64,000 nucleotides of DNA from NCBI GenBank assembly GCA_963775425.1, contig CAVZJB010000004.1:96001-160000 (forward strand), given 5' to 3'. The notes beneath the pieces are model-generated. The model saw only the letters and a list, made by a program, of their open reading frames with translations, ran no database searches and was not told where the DNA came from. This document shows, one piece after another, positions 33,372 to 41,964 of this stretch; position 1 is the stretch's first letter; each line of letters starts with the position of its first letter. Position numbers and translations under genes: made by a program. The stretch comes from an uncultured delta proteobacterium (GTDB lineage Bacteria > Myxococcota > UBA727 > VGSZ01).

Positions 33372-36300
33372 ATGCGTCCGTTCGCGTCCCCGCTCGTCCC
33401 CCTCCTCGCCGCGCTCGCCTCCACCGCCGCCGTCTTCACGGCGTCGCCGGCGCGCGCCGCGGTGCACCTCGCGCAGAAGGACAACGCCTTCGATCGCTCC
33501 TTCGAGCGCCTCCCGGACCTGCGGCTCATCCGCGGCGCCAAGCACAAGGACGTGCCCCTCGTCGTCACCGCGGACGCCGGCGAGGCCTGGACCCTCGCCG
33601 TCGACCAGCCGTGGATGGAGGTGACGCCGTCGTCGGGCACCGGGCCCGGCGAGGCCGTGCTGCGCTTCGACGCCGCCCAGCTCAACGCCGGCGAGTCCAC
33701 CGGCGGCCACGTCACCGTCACCGGCGCCGACGGCGGCACCAACACCGAGACCCTCGACGTCAACTTCGACATCTGGCCCATCCTGTCCACGGCCCACACC
33801 CCGGAGGAGCTGCGCGCCTACGCCAAGGATCCCGCGCACTGGCCCCACGACGGCTTCGGCGGCTCGTGGGAGCTGTGGGGCTTCCTCCCCGACGACACCA
33901 CGCACCCCGGCACCGGCGCCGGCCAGAACATCGACGCCTGGGAGAAGACGCCGTGCCCCGCGGGCGCCGACGCCTCCCGCGACGACTGCGTGCACCCGGG
34001 CCAGGCCGGCCTCACCGCCGGCATCGCCGCGGACCAGGCCTGGCTGTTGTCCACCGGCGACCCGCGCATCGTCATCGGGGAGCTCGACAGCGGCATCAAG
34101 TGGAGCGAGCGCTCGCTCAACACCAAGTTCTACCTGAACGCGCGCGAGCTCTCGTCGTGCCCGCCGCCGGGCGCGCCCCTCGTCGGCGCCGGCGACGACC
34201 CCTTCGTCGCCTACGACGTCAACGGCGACGGCGTGTTCAACATCCGCGACTACGACGACGCCGACTGGCTCACCGACGTCAACGAAAACGGCCTGCGTGA
34301 CCCGGAGGACCTCATCTGGGGCACGTTCACCGACGGCACCGCCTGCAGCGACGGCATCGACGCCGACGGCAACGGCTACGTCGACGACATCTCCGGCTGG
34401 GACTTCTTCTGGAACGACAACGACCCGTCCGACGACGCCGACTTCGGCCACGGCACCGGCGAGGCCAACGACTCCACCGCCGAGGCCGACGACGACTCCG
34501 GCACCCCCGGCGTCTGCCCGCGCTGCCTCGTGATGCCCGTGCGCGTCGGTGACAGCTTCGTCGTCGACGTCAACCAGTTCGCCGACGGCGTCGTCTTCAC
34601 CGTGCAAAGCGGCGCGTCGATCGTTCAGGAGGCGCTCGGCTCGCTCAACAACACGCCCTACTCGCAGGCCGCCGTGAACTGGGCGTACCAAAACGGCGTC
34701 CCCGTCATCGCGTCCGCCGCCGACGAGACGAGCTTCCACCACAACTACCCGGGCTCGCTCGAGCACACCATGTACGTCCACGCCATCGTCTGGGACGACG
34801 ACGGCGACAACAACGAGCTGACGGCGTCGACGTTCCTCAACTTCAACAACTGCACAAACTTCGGGCCGCACCTGATGCTGTCCACGCCCGGCACAGGCTG
34901 CTCGTCGGAGGCCACCGGCAAGACGGCGGGCCAGACCGGCCTGTTGATGTCGTACTTCAAGCAGCTCCAGGACGCGCACGCCGCCGGCGCCGACCCGTAC
35001 TACGCGACCCCCCTGTCGGCCGAGGAGGTCTACCAGGTGCTGGTGGCGTCCGCGGAAGACATCGACGTGCCCGGCGCCGAGAAGGATCCGGAGGCGGAGG
35101 CGCTCCTCAAGTACCCGTCGAACCCCGGCTGGGACCTCCACTTCGGCTACGGCAGGAACGACGCGCGCAAGGCGCTCGAGCTGCTGCGCGACGAGCAGAT
35201 CCCGCCGGCCGCGGACGTGTCCGCGCCGCGCTGGTTCGAGGTCTTCGATCCCGAGCGCACCGACGGCATCGAGGTGCGCGGCACCGTGTCGTCGCCGCGT
35301 GACACCGAGATCCACTGGGAGCTGCACGTGGCCGAAGGGGCCGTGGGCAAGGACTTCACCAAGGTCGCCGAGGGCGACGGCCCCGTCGACGGCGTGCTCG
35401 GCACCATCGACCTCAGCCGCCACGGCCCGCTCGCGACGCTGGTCGCGCGCGCGGCGGACCCCGCGGGCAGCAATCCCGATCAGTTCACCGCCACCCTCGA
35501 GCTGCGCGTGTTCGCCAAGGGCGGCCACGGTGACGACGTGCGCGGCGTGTTCCGCAAGGCCTTCGGCGTGCGCAGCGACCCCGACGTGCACAAGGGCTTC
35601 CCCCTCTTCCTCGGCGCGTCGGGCGAGAGCTCGCCCAAGCTCACCGACCTCGACGGCGACGGCCACGAGGAGATCGTCGTCGCCACCGCCGACGGCCTCA
35701 TCCACGCCATCTCCGAGGACGGCAGCGAGATCCCCGGGTTCCCGACCGCGGTCGGCCAGTACCAGCCGTTCTCGGACGCGTTCTGCGCGCCGTCGGCGGG
35801 CGCGCCTTCGCCCAAGTGCCACCGCACCGCGGGGCCGTACGCGGACGGCGTCATCGATCCCGGCGGGGTGCACCAGGCCGTGCTCGGCTCGGTCGCCGTC
35901 GGCGATCTCAACGGCGACGGCTCGCCCTGCCGCGACGTCGTCGCCGCCAGCGTCGACGGCTTCGTCTTCGCGTTCAGTTGCGACGGCGCGCCGCTCGACG
36001 GCTTCCCCGTGGAGATCCACCGCGACACGCTGCGCGACGGCCTCGACGGCGCCCGCCGCTGCACCGACGGCAACGGCAACGAGGTCATCGGCTGCCGCAG
36101 CGAGCAGAGCCACGGCGAGAGCGGCTTCTTCGCGGCGCCGCTGCTCGTCGACCTCGACGGCGACGGCAGCCTCGAGATCGTCGACGGCGGCATGGACGCG
36201 CGCGTGTACGCCTGGCACCACGACGGCACCGAGGTGAACGGCTGGCCCGTGCACCTCGTCAACGAGGCCGTGCCCGCGTTCGACCCCGACGGCTCGGTGC

Positions 36301-37427
36301 GCCGCTTCGACGGCCGCATCGTCAGCTCGCCGGCCGTGGGCGACCTCTTCGGCGACGGCACCCCGATGCTCTTCTTCGGCAGCAACGAGCGCGTGGCCAA
36401 CTCCACGGGCGTGTTCCTCTACGCCATCTTCCCCGACGGGGAAGCGCACCCGGGCGGACCGTTCCCGCCGCACTGGCCCACCACCGTGAGCGGCTTCATC
36501 CCCGACGAGATCCTGCCGTTCGTCGGCCGCGGAAATCCCAACTCCCCCGCCGCCGCAGACATCGACGGCGACGGCAAGGACGAGGTCATCAACGCGGGCA
36601 TGGGCGGCCTGCTGCAAGCCTTCAACGAGGACGGCACCAGCACGGTGTCGATGCGCGCGGACAGCTCGAGCTACGGCGAGAACGCCACGTCGCACGAGCA
36701 GCTCTCGCTGCCGGTCATCAACAACCCGTCGGTGGGCGACCTCGACGGCGACGGCCTGCTCGAGATCGCGAACGGCACCGCCGGCTCCGGCCTCATCCAG
36801 GTGGCCAACGAGGGCGGCCGCCGTCACGAGTTCGATCACTCGGTGGGCGCGTGGGTGGCGGGGTCGGGCTTCTTCGACCGCGGCTTCCCGCAGCGCATCT
36901 GGGACTACCAGTTCTTCATGAACTACTCGATCGCCGACCTCGCCGGCACCGGCCGCTTCAACGTCATCTCCGGCGACGGCGGCTACTTCGTGTACGCGCC
37001 CGACGTCGACGGAAAGAGCGCGCCGGGTTGGCCCAAGTGGACGCAGCAGTGGGACATCGTCACGCCCGCCGTGGGTGACCTCGACGGCGACCAGAACATC
37101 GACGTCGTCGCCAACACGCGCGAGGGCTGGCTGTGGGCCTGGAAGACCAAGGGCCACGTGGGCGGCCCCGCGGCGTCGCCGGTGCCTGCCATCCAGTGGG
37201 AGAGCTTCCACCACGACGACCACAACACCGGCAACTACAACCCGAGCACGCTGAAGAGCTACCCGCGGCTCGGTCCGCCCGACGACGCCTGCGCCGGCGG
37301 CTGCTGCTGCTCCGCCGACAAGGAGAACGCGGATACCTCTCCGATGTGGGGAGCGCTGGCGCTCGCGTCGCTGCTCGGTACATTGGGGATCACGCGCCGC
37401 CGCGGCAAGGGACGGCGCCAGGGTTGA
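33372..37427 (+). CDS. Secreted S8-family peptidase with FG-GAP/VCBS repeats and MYXO-CTERM-like anchor
   Basis: Signal peptide; ELDSGI, NGYVDDISGWDF, GHGTG, CSSEATG; repeated DLDGDG; C-terminal GGCCCS...hydrophobic...RRRGK. Confidence 0.8.
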   Translation: MRPFASPLVPLLAALASTAAVFTASPARAAVHLAQKDNAFDRSFERLPDLRLIRGAKHKDVPLVVTADAGEAWTLAVDQPWMEVTPSSGTGPGEAVLRFDAAQLNAGESTGGHVTVTGADGGTNTETLDVNFDIWPILSTAHTPEELRAYAKDPAHWPHDGFGGSWELWGFLPDDTTHPGTGAGQNIDAWEKTPCPAGADASRDDCVHPGQAGLTAGIAADQAWLLSTGDPRIVIGELDSGIKWSERSLNTKFYLNARELSSCPPPGAPLVGAGDDPFVAYDVNGDGVFNIRDYDDADWLTDVNENGLRDPEDLIWGTFTDGTACSDGIDADGNGYVDDISGWDFFWNDNDPSDDADFGHGTGEANDSTAEADDDSGTPGVCPRCLVMPVRVGDSFVVDVNQFADGVVFTVQSGASIVQEALGSLNNTPYSQAAVNWAYQNGVPVIASAADETSFHHNYPGSLEHTMYVHAIVWDDDGDNNELTASTFLNFNNCTNFGPHLMLSTPGTGCSSEATGKTAGQTGLLMSYFKQLQDAHAAGADPYYATPLSAEEVYQVLVASAEDIDVPGAEKDPEAEALLKYPSNPGWDLHFGYGRNDARKALELLRDEQIPPAADVSAPRWFEVFDPERTDGIEVRGTVSSPRDTEIHWELHVAEGAVGKDFTKVAEGDGPVDGVLGTIDLSRHGPLATLVARAADPAGSNPDQFTATLELRVFAKGGHGDDVRGVFRKAFGVRSDPDVHKGFPLFLGASGESSPKLTDLDGDGHEEIVVATADGLIHAISEDGSEIPGFPTAVGQYQPFSDAFCAPSAGAPSPKCHRTAGPYADGVIDPGGVHQAVLGSVAVGDLNGDGSPCRDVVAASVDGFVFAFSCDGAPLDGFPVEIHRDTLRDGLDGARRCTDGNGNEVIGCRSEQSHGESGFFAAPLLVDLDGDGSLEIVDGGMDARVYAWHHDGTEVNGWPVHLVNEAVPAFDPDGSVRRFDGRIVSSPAVGDLFGDGTPMLFFGSNERVANSTGVFLYAIFPDGEAHPGGPFPPHWPTTVSGFIPDEILPFVGRGNPNSPAAADIDGDGKDEVINAGMGGLLQAFNEDGTSTVSMRADSSSYGENATSHEQLSLPVINNPSVGDLDGDGLLEIANGTAGSGLIQVANEGGRRHEFDHSVGAWVAGSGFFDRGFPQRIWDYQFFMNYSIADLAGTGRFNVISGDGGYFVYAPDVDGKSAPGWPKWTQQWDIVTPAVGDLDGDQNIDVVANTREGWLWAWKTKGHVGGPAASPVPAIQWESFHHDDHNTGNYNPSTLKSYPRLGPPDDACAGGCCCSADKENADTSPMWGALALASLLGTLGITRRRGKGRRQG

Positions 37428-37464
37428 CGTCGAGGCCGACGGCACCAGGAAAGGGACACCAAAG

Positions 37465-38067
37465 ATGAAGTCGGCAAACACACCGCGGCCGCTCCCTCCG
37501 CTCGCGCTCCTCCTCGCGCCCCTCGCGGCGCTCGCGCTGGCGACGGGCTGCCCGCCCATCGAGACCGACATCCCCTCGAGCCAGGACATCGACGTCCCGG
37601 GCCAGGGGATCCTGGGCGGAAACCCGCTGGCGCCCGCGCAGGCGTTCCCGGCCGACCTCGTCGGGCAGGCGCTGGCGCAGTCCATCCAGTCGAGCTTCGA
37701 CACGAGCGGCTACGACAAGTCGCACGTGTCGTCGCTCGTCCTCGACAAGCTGACGCTCACCGTGCAGAGCCCCGAGGAGGGCGGGCAGCAAGTGCGCGAC
37801 CTCAGCTTCCTCAGCAAGCTCACCATCTTCCTCGGTGCCAGCGGCGACGACACCGGCAAGATCAAGGTGGCCGAGAGCGGCGACGGCGACTTCGACTCCA
37901 AGCCCGTCACCTACGAGATGCCGCTCACCAAGGCCGAGCTCGCCGACGTGTTCAAGGCGAACGACCAGCTCGAGATGACGTCGGACGTGGAGCCCGGGCC
38001 GCCGCCGCGCTTCGAGACCACCGTGACCGTGGACTCCAACATCCACGTCGCCATCTCGGTGTTCTGA
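37465..38067 (+). CDS. Hypothetical lipoprotein
   Basis: Signal with LATGC lipobox; beta-rich body. Confidence 0.7.
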   Translation: MKSANTPRPLPPLALLLAPLAALALATGCPPIETDIPSSQDIDVPGQGILGGNPLAPAQAFPADLVGQALAQSIQSSFDTSGYDKSHVSSLVLDKLTLTVQSPEEGGQQVRDLSFLSKLTIFLGASGDDTGKIKVAESGDGDFDSKPVTYEMPLTKAELADVFKANDQLEMTSDVEPGPPPRFETTVTVDSNIHVAISVF

Positions 38068-38069
38068 CC

Positions 38070-39221
38070 GTGGTGGTGTCACCGCCCTCGCCGGACGATC
38101 TGCTCGAGGAGCTGCGGCGCCCCGTCGCCGGCGTCGACAAGCTCCACCTGAACAACGCCGGCGTCTCGCCCATGCTGCCGCGCGCCCGCGACGCGGGCGT
38201 GCGCGTGCTCGAGCGCATGCTCGACGGCACCCTGTCCATCGGCGCCGCCCTCGTCGACTACGAGGGCGCGCGCGAGACGTTCGCGCGCCTCGTCGGCGCG
38301 GTGCCCGGCGACGTGAGCTTCTTTCAGACCTGCGCCTCGGCAATCTCGCAGGCGGCGTTCGGCCTGCCGCTCTCCGCCGGCGACGAGGTGCTCATCTCCG
38401 ACGAGGAGTACCCGTCGAACGCGTACCCCTGGTACCGCGCGGCCGAGCGGGCGGGCGCGCGCGTTCGCGCGGCGCCGGTGGCCAAGCTCGTCGAGTCCGT
38501 GGGGCCAAAGACGCGCGTCGTCGCGGTGAGCTGGGTGCAGTACTCCACGGGCGCCACGGTCGACCTGCGCTCTTTGGGTGACGCCGTCCACGCCCGCGGC
38601 CGCGGCGGCGGCGGCGGCTGGCTCGTCGTCGACGCCATCCAGGGCCTCGGCGTCATCCCCTTCGATCTCACCGCGTCCGGCGCCGACGTCGTGTGCGGCG
38701 GCACGCAGAAGTGGTGCCTCGGCCCGGTCGGGCACGGGTTCATGGCGTGCGCCCCCGGCCGCGCCGAAGAGCTGCGCCCGCTGATGCACGGCGCGATGAC
38801 CTACGGCGGGCCCGACGACGTCCCCGATCCCAACAAGCCCCCGCGCACAGACCCGCGGCGCTTCGAGCCCGGCACGCCGCTCCTCGTGGGCGCCGCCGCG
38901 GGCGCCGCGTCGATCGAGCTGCTCCTCGACATCGGCGTCGCTCGCGTCTACGCCGAGGCGCTCGCCGTCGCCGACCTCGTCGCCGCCGGCGCGCGCGAGC
39001 GCGGCGTCGATGTCGTGGCGCCGGCGGGTCCGGTGCGCAGCCCCATCACCACCCTCAAGCCGGCGAAGGGCGATCCGAAGGCCATCGTCGAGGCCATGCG
39101 CGCCCGCGGCTGCTCCGTGTCCCCGCGCGGCGGGGGCGTCCGCGTGTCGCCGCACGCGCACAACGGCAAGCAACACATCGATCGGTTCTTCGCGCTGTGG
39201 GACGAGCTCGACCGCGCTTGA
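38070..39221 (+). CDS. Class V PLP-dependent aminotransferase (cysteine desulfurase/isopenicillin epimerase-like)
   Basis: HLNNAGVSP, EYPSN, VSWVQYSTG, VVDAIQGLG, QKWCLGP, RFEPGT, VRVSPH. Confidence 0.88.
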   Translation: MVVSPPSPDDLLEELRRPVAGVDKLHLNNAGVSPMLPRARDAGVRVLERMLDGTLSIGAALVDYEGARETFARLVGAVPGDVSFFQTCASAISQAAFGLPLSAGDEVLISDEEYPSNAYPWYRAAERAGARVRAAPVAKLVESVGPKTRVVAVSWVQYSTGATVDLRSLGDAVHARGRGGGGGWLVVDAIQGLGVIPFDLTASGADVVCGGTQKWCLGPVGHGFMACAPGRAEELRPLMHGAMTYGGPDDVPDPNKPPRTDPRRFEPGTPLLVGAAAGAASIELLLDIGVARVYAEALAVADLVAAGARERGVDVVAPAGPVRSPITTLKPAKGDPKAIVEAMRARGCSVSPRGGGVRVSPHAHNGKQHIDRFFALWDELDRA

Positions 39222-39239
39222 TCAGCGACCGGAGGGAGG

Positions 39240-39773
39240 TCAGCGCGCGCGCCGCGGCGCCGACACCACCACGGCGCAGCGCGCGCCGCGCGCGAGCGGC
39301 ATCGCGGCGGGGCGCACGGGCGGGGTCCACTCGCCGGTGTCGTCGAGGATCGCCGGCGCCGCGCGCTCGGGGACGAGGCCGCCGAGGACGAGCGCCCCCT
39401 TGGAGGCGAGGAGCGCGACGGCGACCTGGACATCATCGGTGGTGACCCCCGCGAGCTTGCGGATGCGGGCCACCGGGCGCTGTCCGTTCACGAGGAGCAG
39501 CACCTTGCGCTCGAGCGCCGTCAGCTCCGGCAGGAGCGCCTCGGCGTTCGACGTCGCGAGCAGCACGGCGTCGGGCCGAAGGAGCGCGCGCACGCTGTCG
39601 TGCGAGGCGAGCGGCGCGGGCACCACCGGGCGGCTCACGCCCGCGGTGTCGGCGCTGAGGGAACTGACGAACGAGGTGACCCACGGCAGCTCCTCGTCCG
39701 TGCGCAGCGCGAGGCAAGGCAGGCGCGTGGTGTCTTCGTCGAACCCGGAGCCTGTCGTCGGTGCTGTCTGCAT
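39240..39773 (-). CDS. Hypothetical protein with winged-helix-like segment (DUF4388 C-terminal type)
   Basis: LTALERKVLLLVNGQRPVARI...VALLASKGAL. Confidence 0.5.
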   Translation of the reverse strand: MQTAPTTGSGFDEDTTRLPCLALRTDEELPWVTSFVSSLSADTAGVSRPVVPAPLASHDSVRALLRPDAVLLATSNAEALLPELTALERKVLLLVNGQRPVARIRKLAGVTTDDVQVAVALLASKGALVLGGLVPERAAPAILDDTGEWTPPVRPAAMPLARGARCAVVVSAPRRAR

Positions 39774-39967
39774 GCGCCGGGAGATGCACCGGCCGTGCCC
39801 CGCGACGACCCCGCGGCGCGACGCGGCCGCCGCCGCCGCCGCCCTATGCGCGCCGGGCCGCACGCGGGCGCGCACGCCGCCGGCGCGACCGACACCGGCA
39901 CACATCCGCGTGTCGACGCTCCGGCGCGCGCCACAAACGCACAGGGGAGCGGGGCTCCGTCAGCCTG

Positions 39968-40918
39968 TCAGGGGAACCCCGCGGGCCCCGCGTCGTCGGG
40001 CAGCGGCAGGTCGACGGCGACGCTCGGGTCGAGCGGCAGCGCGCCGTCGATGGGCTCGACGTCGCGGTCGACGGCGGCGAGCTCCTCGCGCAACGCGCCC
40101 GCGGCGGCGGCCCGAGCGGGGAGCAGCCCCGCGAGGAAACGGGCGACGTCGGGCGCGGGGCGGCCGGCGGCGCTCCTGTCGACCGCGGCGCGGGCCGCGG
40201 CGAGGGTCGGCGGGCGCGCCGCGGCGTCGATCTCGGTGAGGACGAAGGCGAGCGCGCCGACGACGTCTCCCCGCGCCGGCGCCGCGCGCTCCCGCTGCGG
40301 GACCTCCGCCGGCTTGCGCCACCACAGCGCGTAGGGCTCGATGCCGTAGAGCAGCCGATAGAGCGCGACGCCGACGGCGTACACGTCGTCGGCGACGCGG
40401 TCTTCATCGGGCGTACGCGGCGGGACCCGCTCGAAGTGGCGGTCCCGCCCGAGCGCGCGCCGCCGGTGAAGGGTCGGCAGCGGCGCCACGGAGCCGTCGA
40501 AGCCGAGCCAGACGAGCGCCGCGCGCGAGACCGCCGGTCCGTCCGCGTACGCGGGCCCTGCGTCGACGAGCGCGCGGGCGACGGCGAGCGCGACCTCGTC
40601 GGTGGGCCGGCGCCGCGCACCGTCGAGCTCGTCGAGGATGTGCTCGAGGCGCACGCCCGGCGCGGCGCGCCGGACGGTGAGCGCGACGCCGCCGCGCTGC
40701 CACGCGCGGACGTCCCCGCGCGCCGCGCGCTCGACGATCTCCTGCAGGAACAGCTCGCGCACCCACTCCGTCAACGCCGGCGCGCCGGCGACGTCCTCGA
40801 CGATCACGCTGCGCCCTTCGCCGTCGACGCCCCAGCGGGCGCGCACCGAGCCGCCGTTCTCGCCGGTGACGAGCGCGTCGGTGACGACGACGTCTTCGAG
40901 GCGAAACAGCGCGCGCAC
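39968..40918 (-). CDS. Pseudokinase-like protein (degenerate Ser/Thr kinase fold)
   Basis: GVRLEHIL...ALAVARAL, VWLGFDGSV, DDVYAVGVALYRLLYGIEPY; HRD/DFG absent. Confidence 0.55.
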   Translation of the reverse strand: MRALFRLEDVVVTDALVTGENGGSVRARWGVDGEGRSVIVEDVAGAPALTEWVRELFLQEIVERAARGDVRAWQRGGVALTVRRAAPGVRLEHILDELDGARRRPTDEVALAVARALVDAGPAYADGPAVSRAALVWLGFDGSVAPLPTLHRRRALGRDRHFERVPPRTPDEDRVADDVYAVGVALYRLLYGIEPYALWWRKPAEVPQRERAAPARGDVVGALAFVLTEIDAAARPPTLAAARAAVDRSAAGRPAPDVARFLAGLLPARAAAAGALREELAAVDRDVEPIDGALPLDPSVAVDLPLPDDAGPAGFP

Positions 40919-40922
40919 GTGG

Positions 40923-41903
40923 CTACTCGAGGACGAGGAGCGCGTCGACGCCCGCCAGCAGGAGGCGCATGTCCTCGCGCAGGCGCGCGATGCGGCGCCC
41001 TTCGCCGAGCGCGACGACGCTGCCCGCGCCGGCGAGCGAGGTCCCTCCGGTGGACGCCGTGTCGACGGCCCAGAGGGCGTCGTCGCGGGCGAAGACGAGG
41101 CAGTGGACGCGGCTGACGCCGACGTCGTCGGCGAGCGCGGTGGTGCGGTGGCAGCGGGGATAGCGGCCGAGGACCACGCCGTGCTCGAGCTCGTCGCGCG
41201 TGATGCGCACCGCGATGGCCTCCTCGGGCACCGCGGGCGCCGGCAACCCCGCGATCCGCGTGCGCACGATGACGCTGCGCTCCCAAGGCGCCGACGGCGA
41301 CGGGGCGATCGACGAACGCGAGCGGCCGGGCTCGGGAGTGGAAGCGGCGATCGGCGCGTCGACGAGGGCGCCGCTCAGCTCGGCGTCGAGCTGATCCACC
41401 CAGCGCACGGCGAACGGCGCGTCGGGCTGCGCCACGAGCGCCATGACCTCGGCGGCGCCGGCGGAGAACGCGAAGGCGCGGGTGGACGACACCTGGCGCG
41501 CGAGCTCTCCGCGGCGGGTGACGAGGCCGTCCTCGGAGCGGAGGTCGACGGCGGCGGCGCGCGCCTCGCCTTCGGGCCAGAGGATCACGGCCGCGTGGCG
41601 GAGGCTCGCGCCGCTGGCGTCGTCGAGGACGACGTCACAGCAGGTGTGACGGCCGACGATCAACGCGAGCGGAGCGCCGCGATCCGCCTGCTTGACGACG
41701 ACGTCGACGCCCGAGGGCCGGCGCACGATCAGCGCGAGCGCGGCTCCCTCTGGGTGCTCCGCCCGCCAGCCGTGTATGCGCTCGAGCAGCTCCTGCACGT
41801 CGACGGGCGGCGCGAGGACCTGCGCCCGCGGCGGCCGCGCCACCCGCGTCCCCTCGTTTCGCCATGCGACCTCGACGTCGACAATGCGCGTGCGCGCGAC
41901 CAT
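40923..41903 (-). CDS. FHA-domain protein (two FHA-like domains)
   Basis: IVGRHTCCD...ASLRHA and VLGRYPRC...VSRVH...VDTASTGGT. Confidence 0.7.
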   Translation of the reverse strand: MVARTRIVDVEVAWRNEGTRVARPPRAQVLAPPVDVQELLERIHGWRAEHPEGAALALIVRRPSGVDVVVKQADRGAPLALIVGRHTCCDVVLDDASGASLRHAAVILWPEGEARAAAVDLRSEDGLVTRRGELARQVSSTRAFAFSAGAAEVMALVAQPDAPFAVRWVDQLDAELSGALVDAPIAASTPEPGRSRSSIAPSPSAPWERSVIVRTRIAGLPAPAVPEEAIAVRITRDELEHGVVLGRYPRCHRTTALADDVGVSRVHCLVFARDDALWAVDTASTGGTSLAGAGSVVALGEGRRIARLREDMRLLLAGVDALLVLE

Positions 41904-41964
41904 CGCCCGATCCTACGGACCCGGGATCGCCCCGTCACCGCTGATCCTCGCGGCGCGGCTCAGC

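Noticed and set aside
31837-33624. Poly-Arg and Asp/Gly/Cys-rich ORFs over the tandem repeat
   Set aside because: Alternative frames of the repeat; only the Thr/Ala frame has a signal-like start and a coherent membrane domain, though the frame choice is not certain
33168-37703. 1511-aa minus-strand ORF
   Set aside because: Antisense shadow of the S8/FG-GAP gene caused by high-GC codon bias; no motifs
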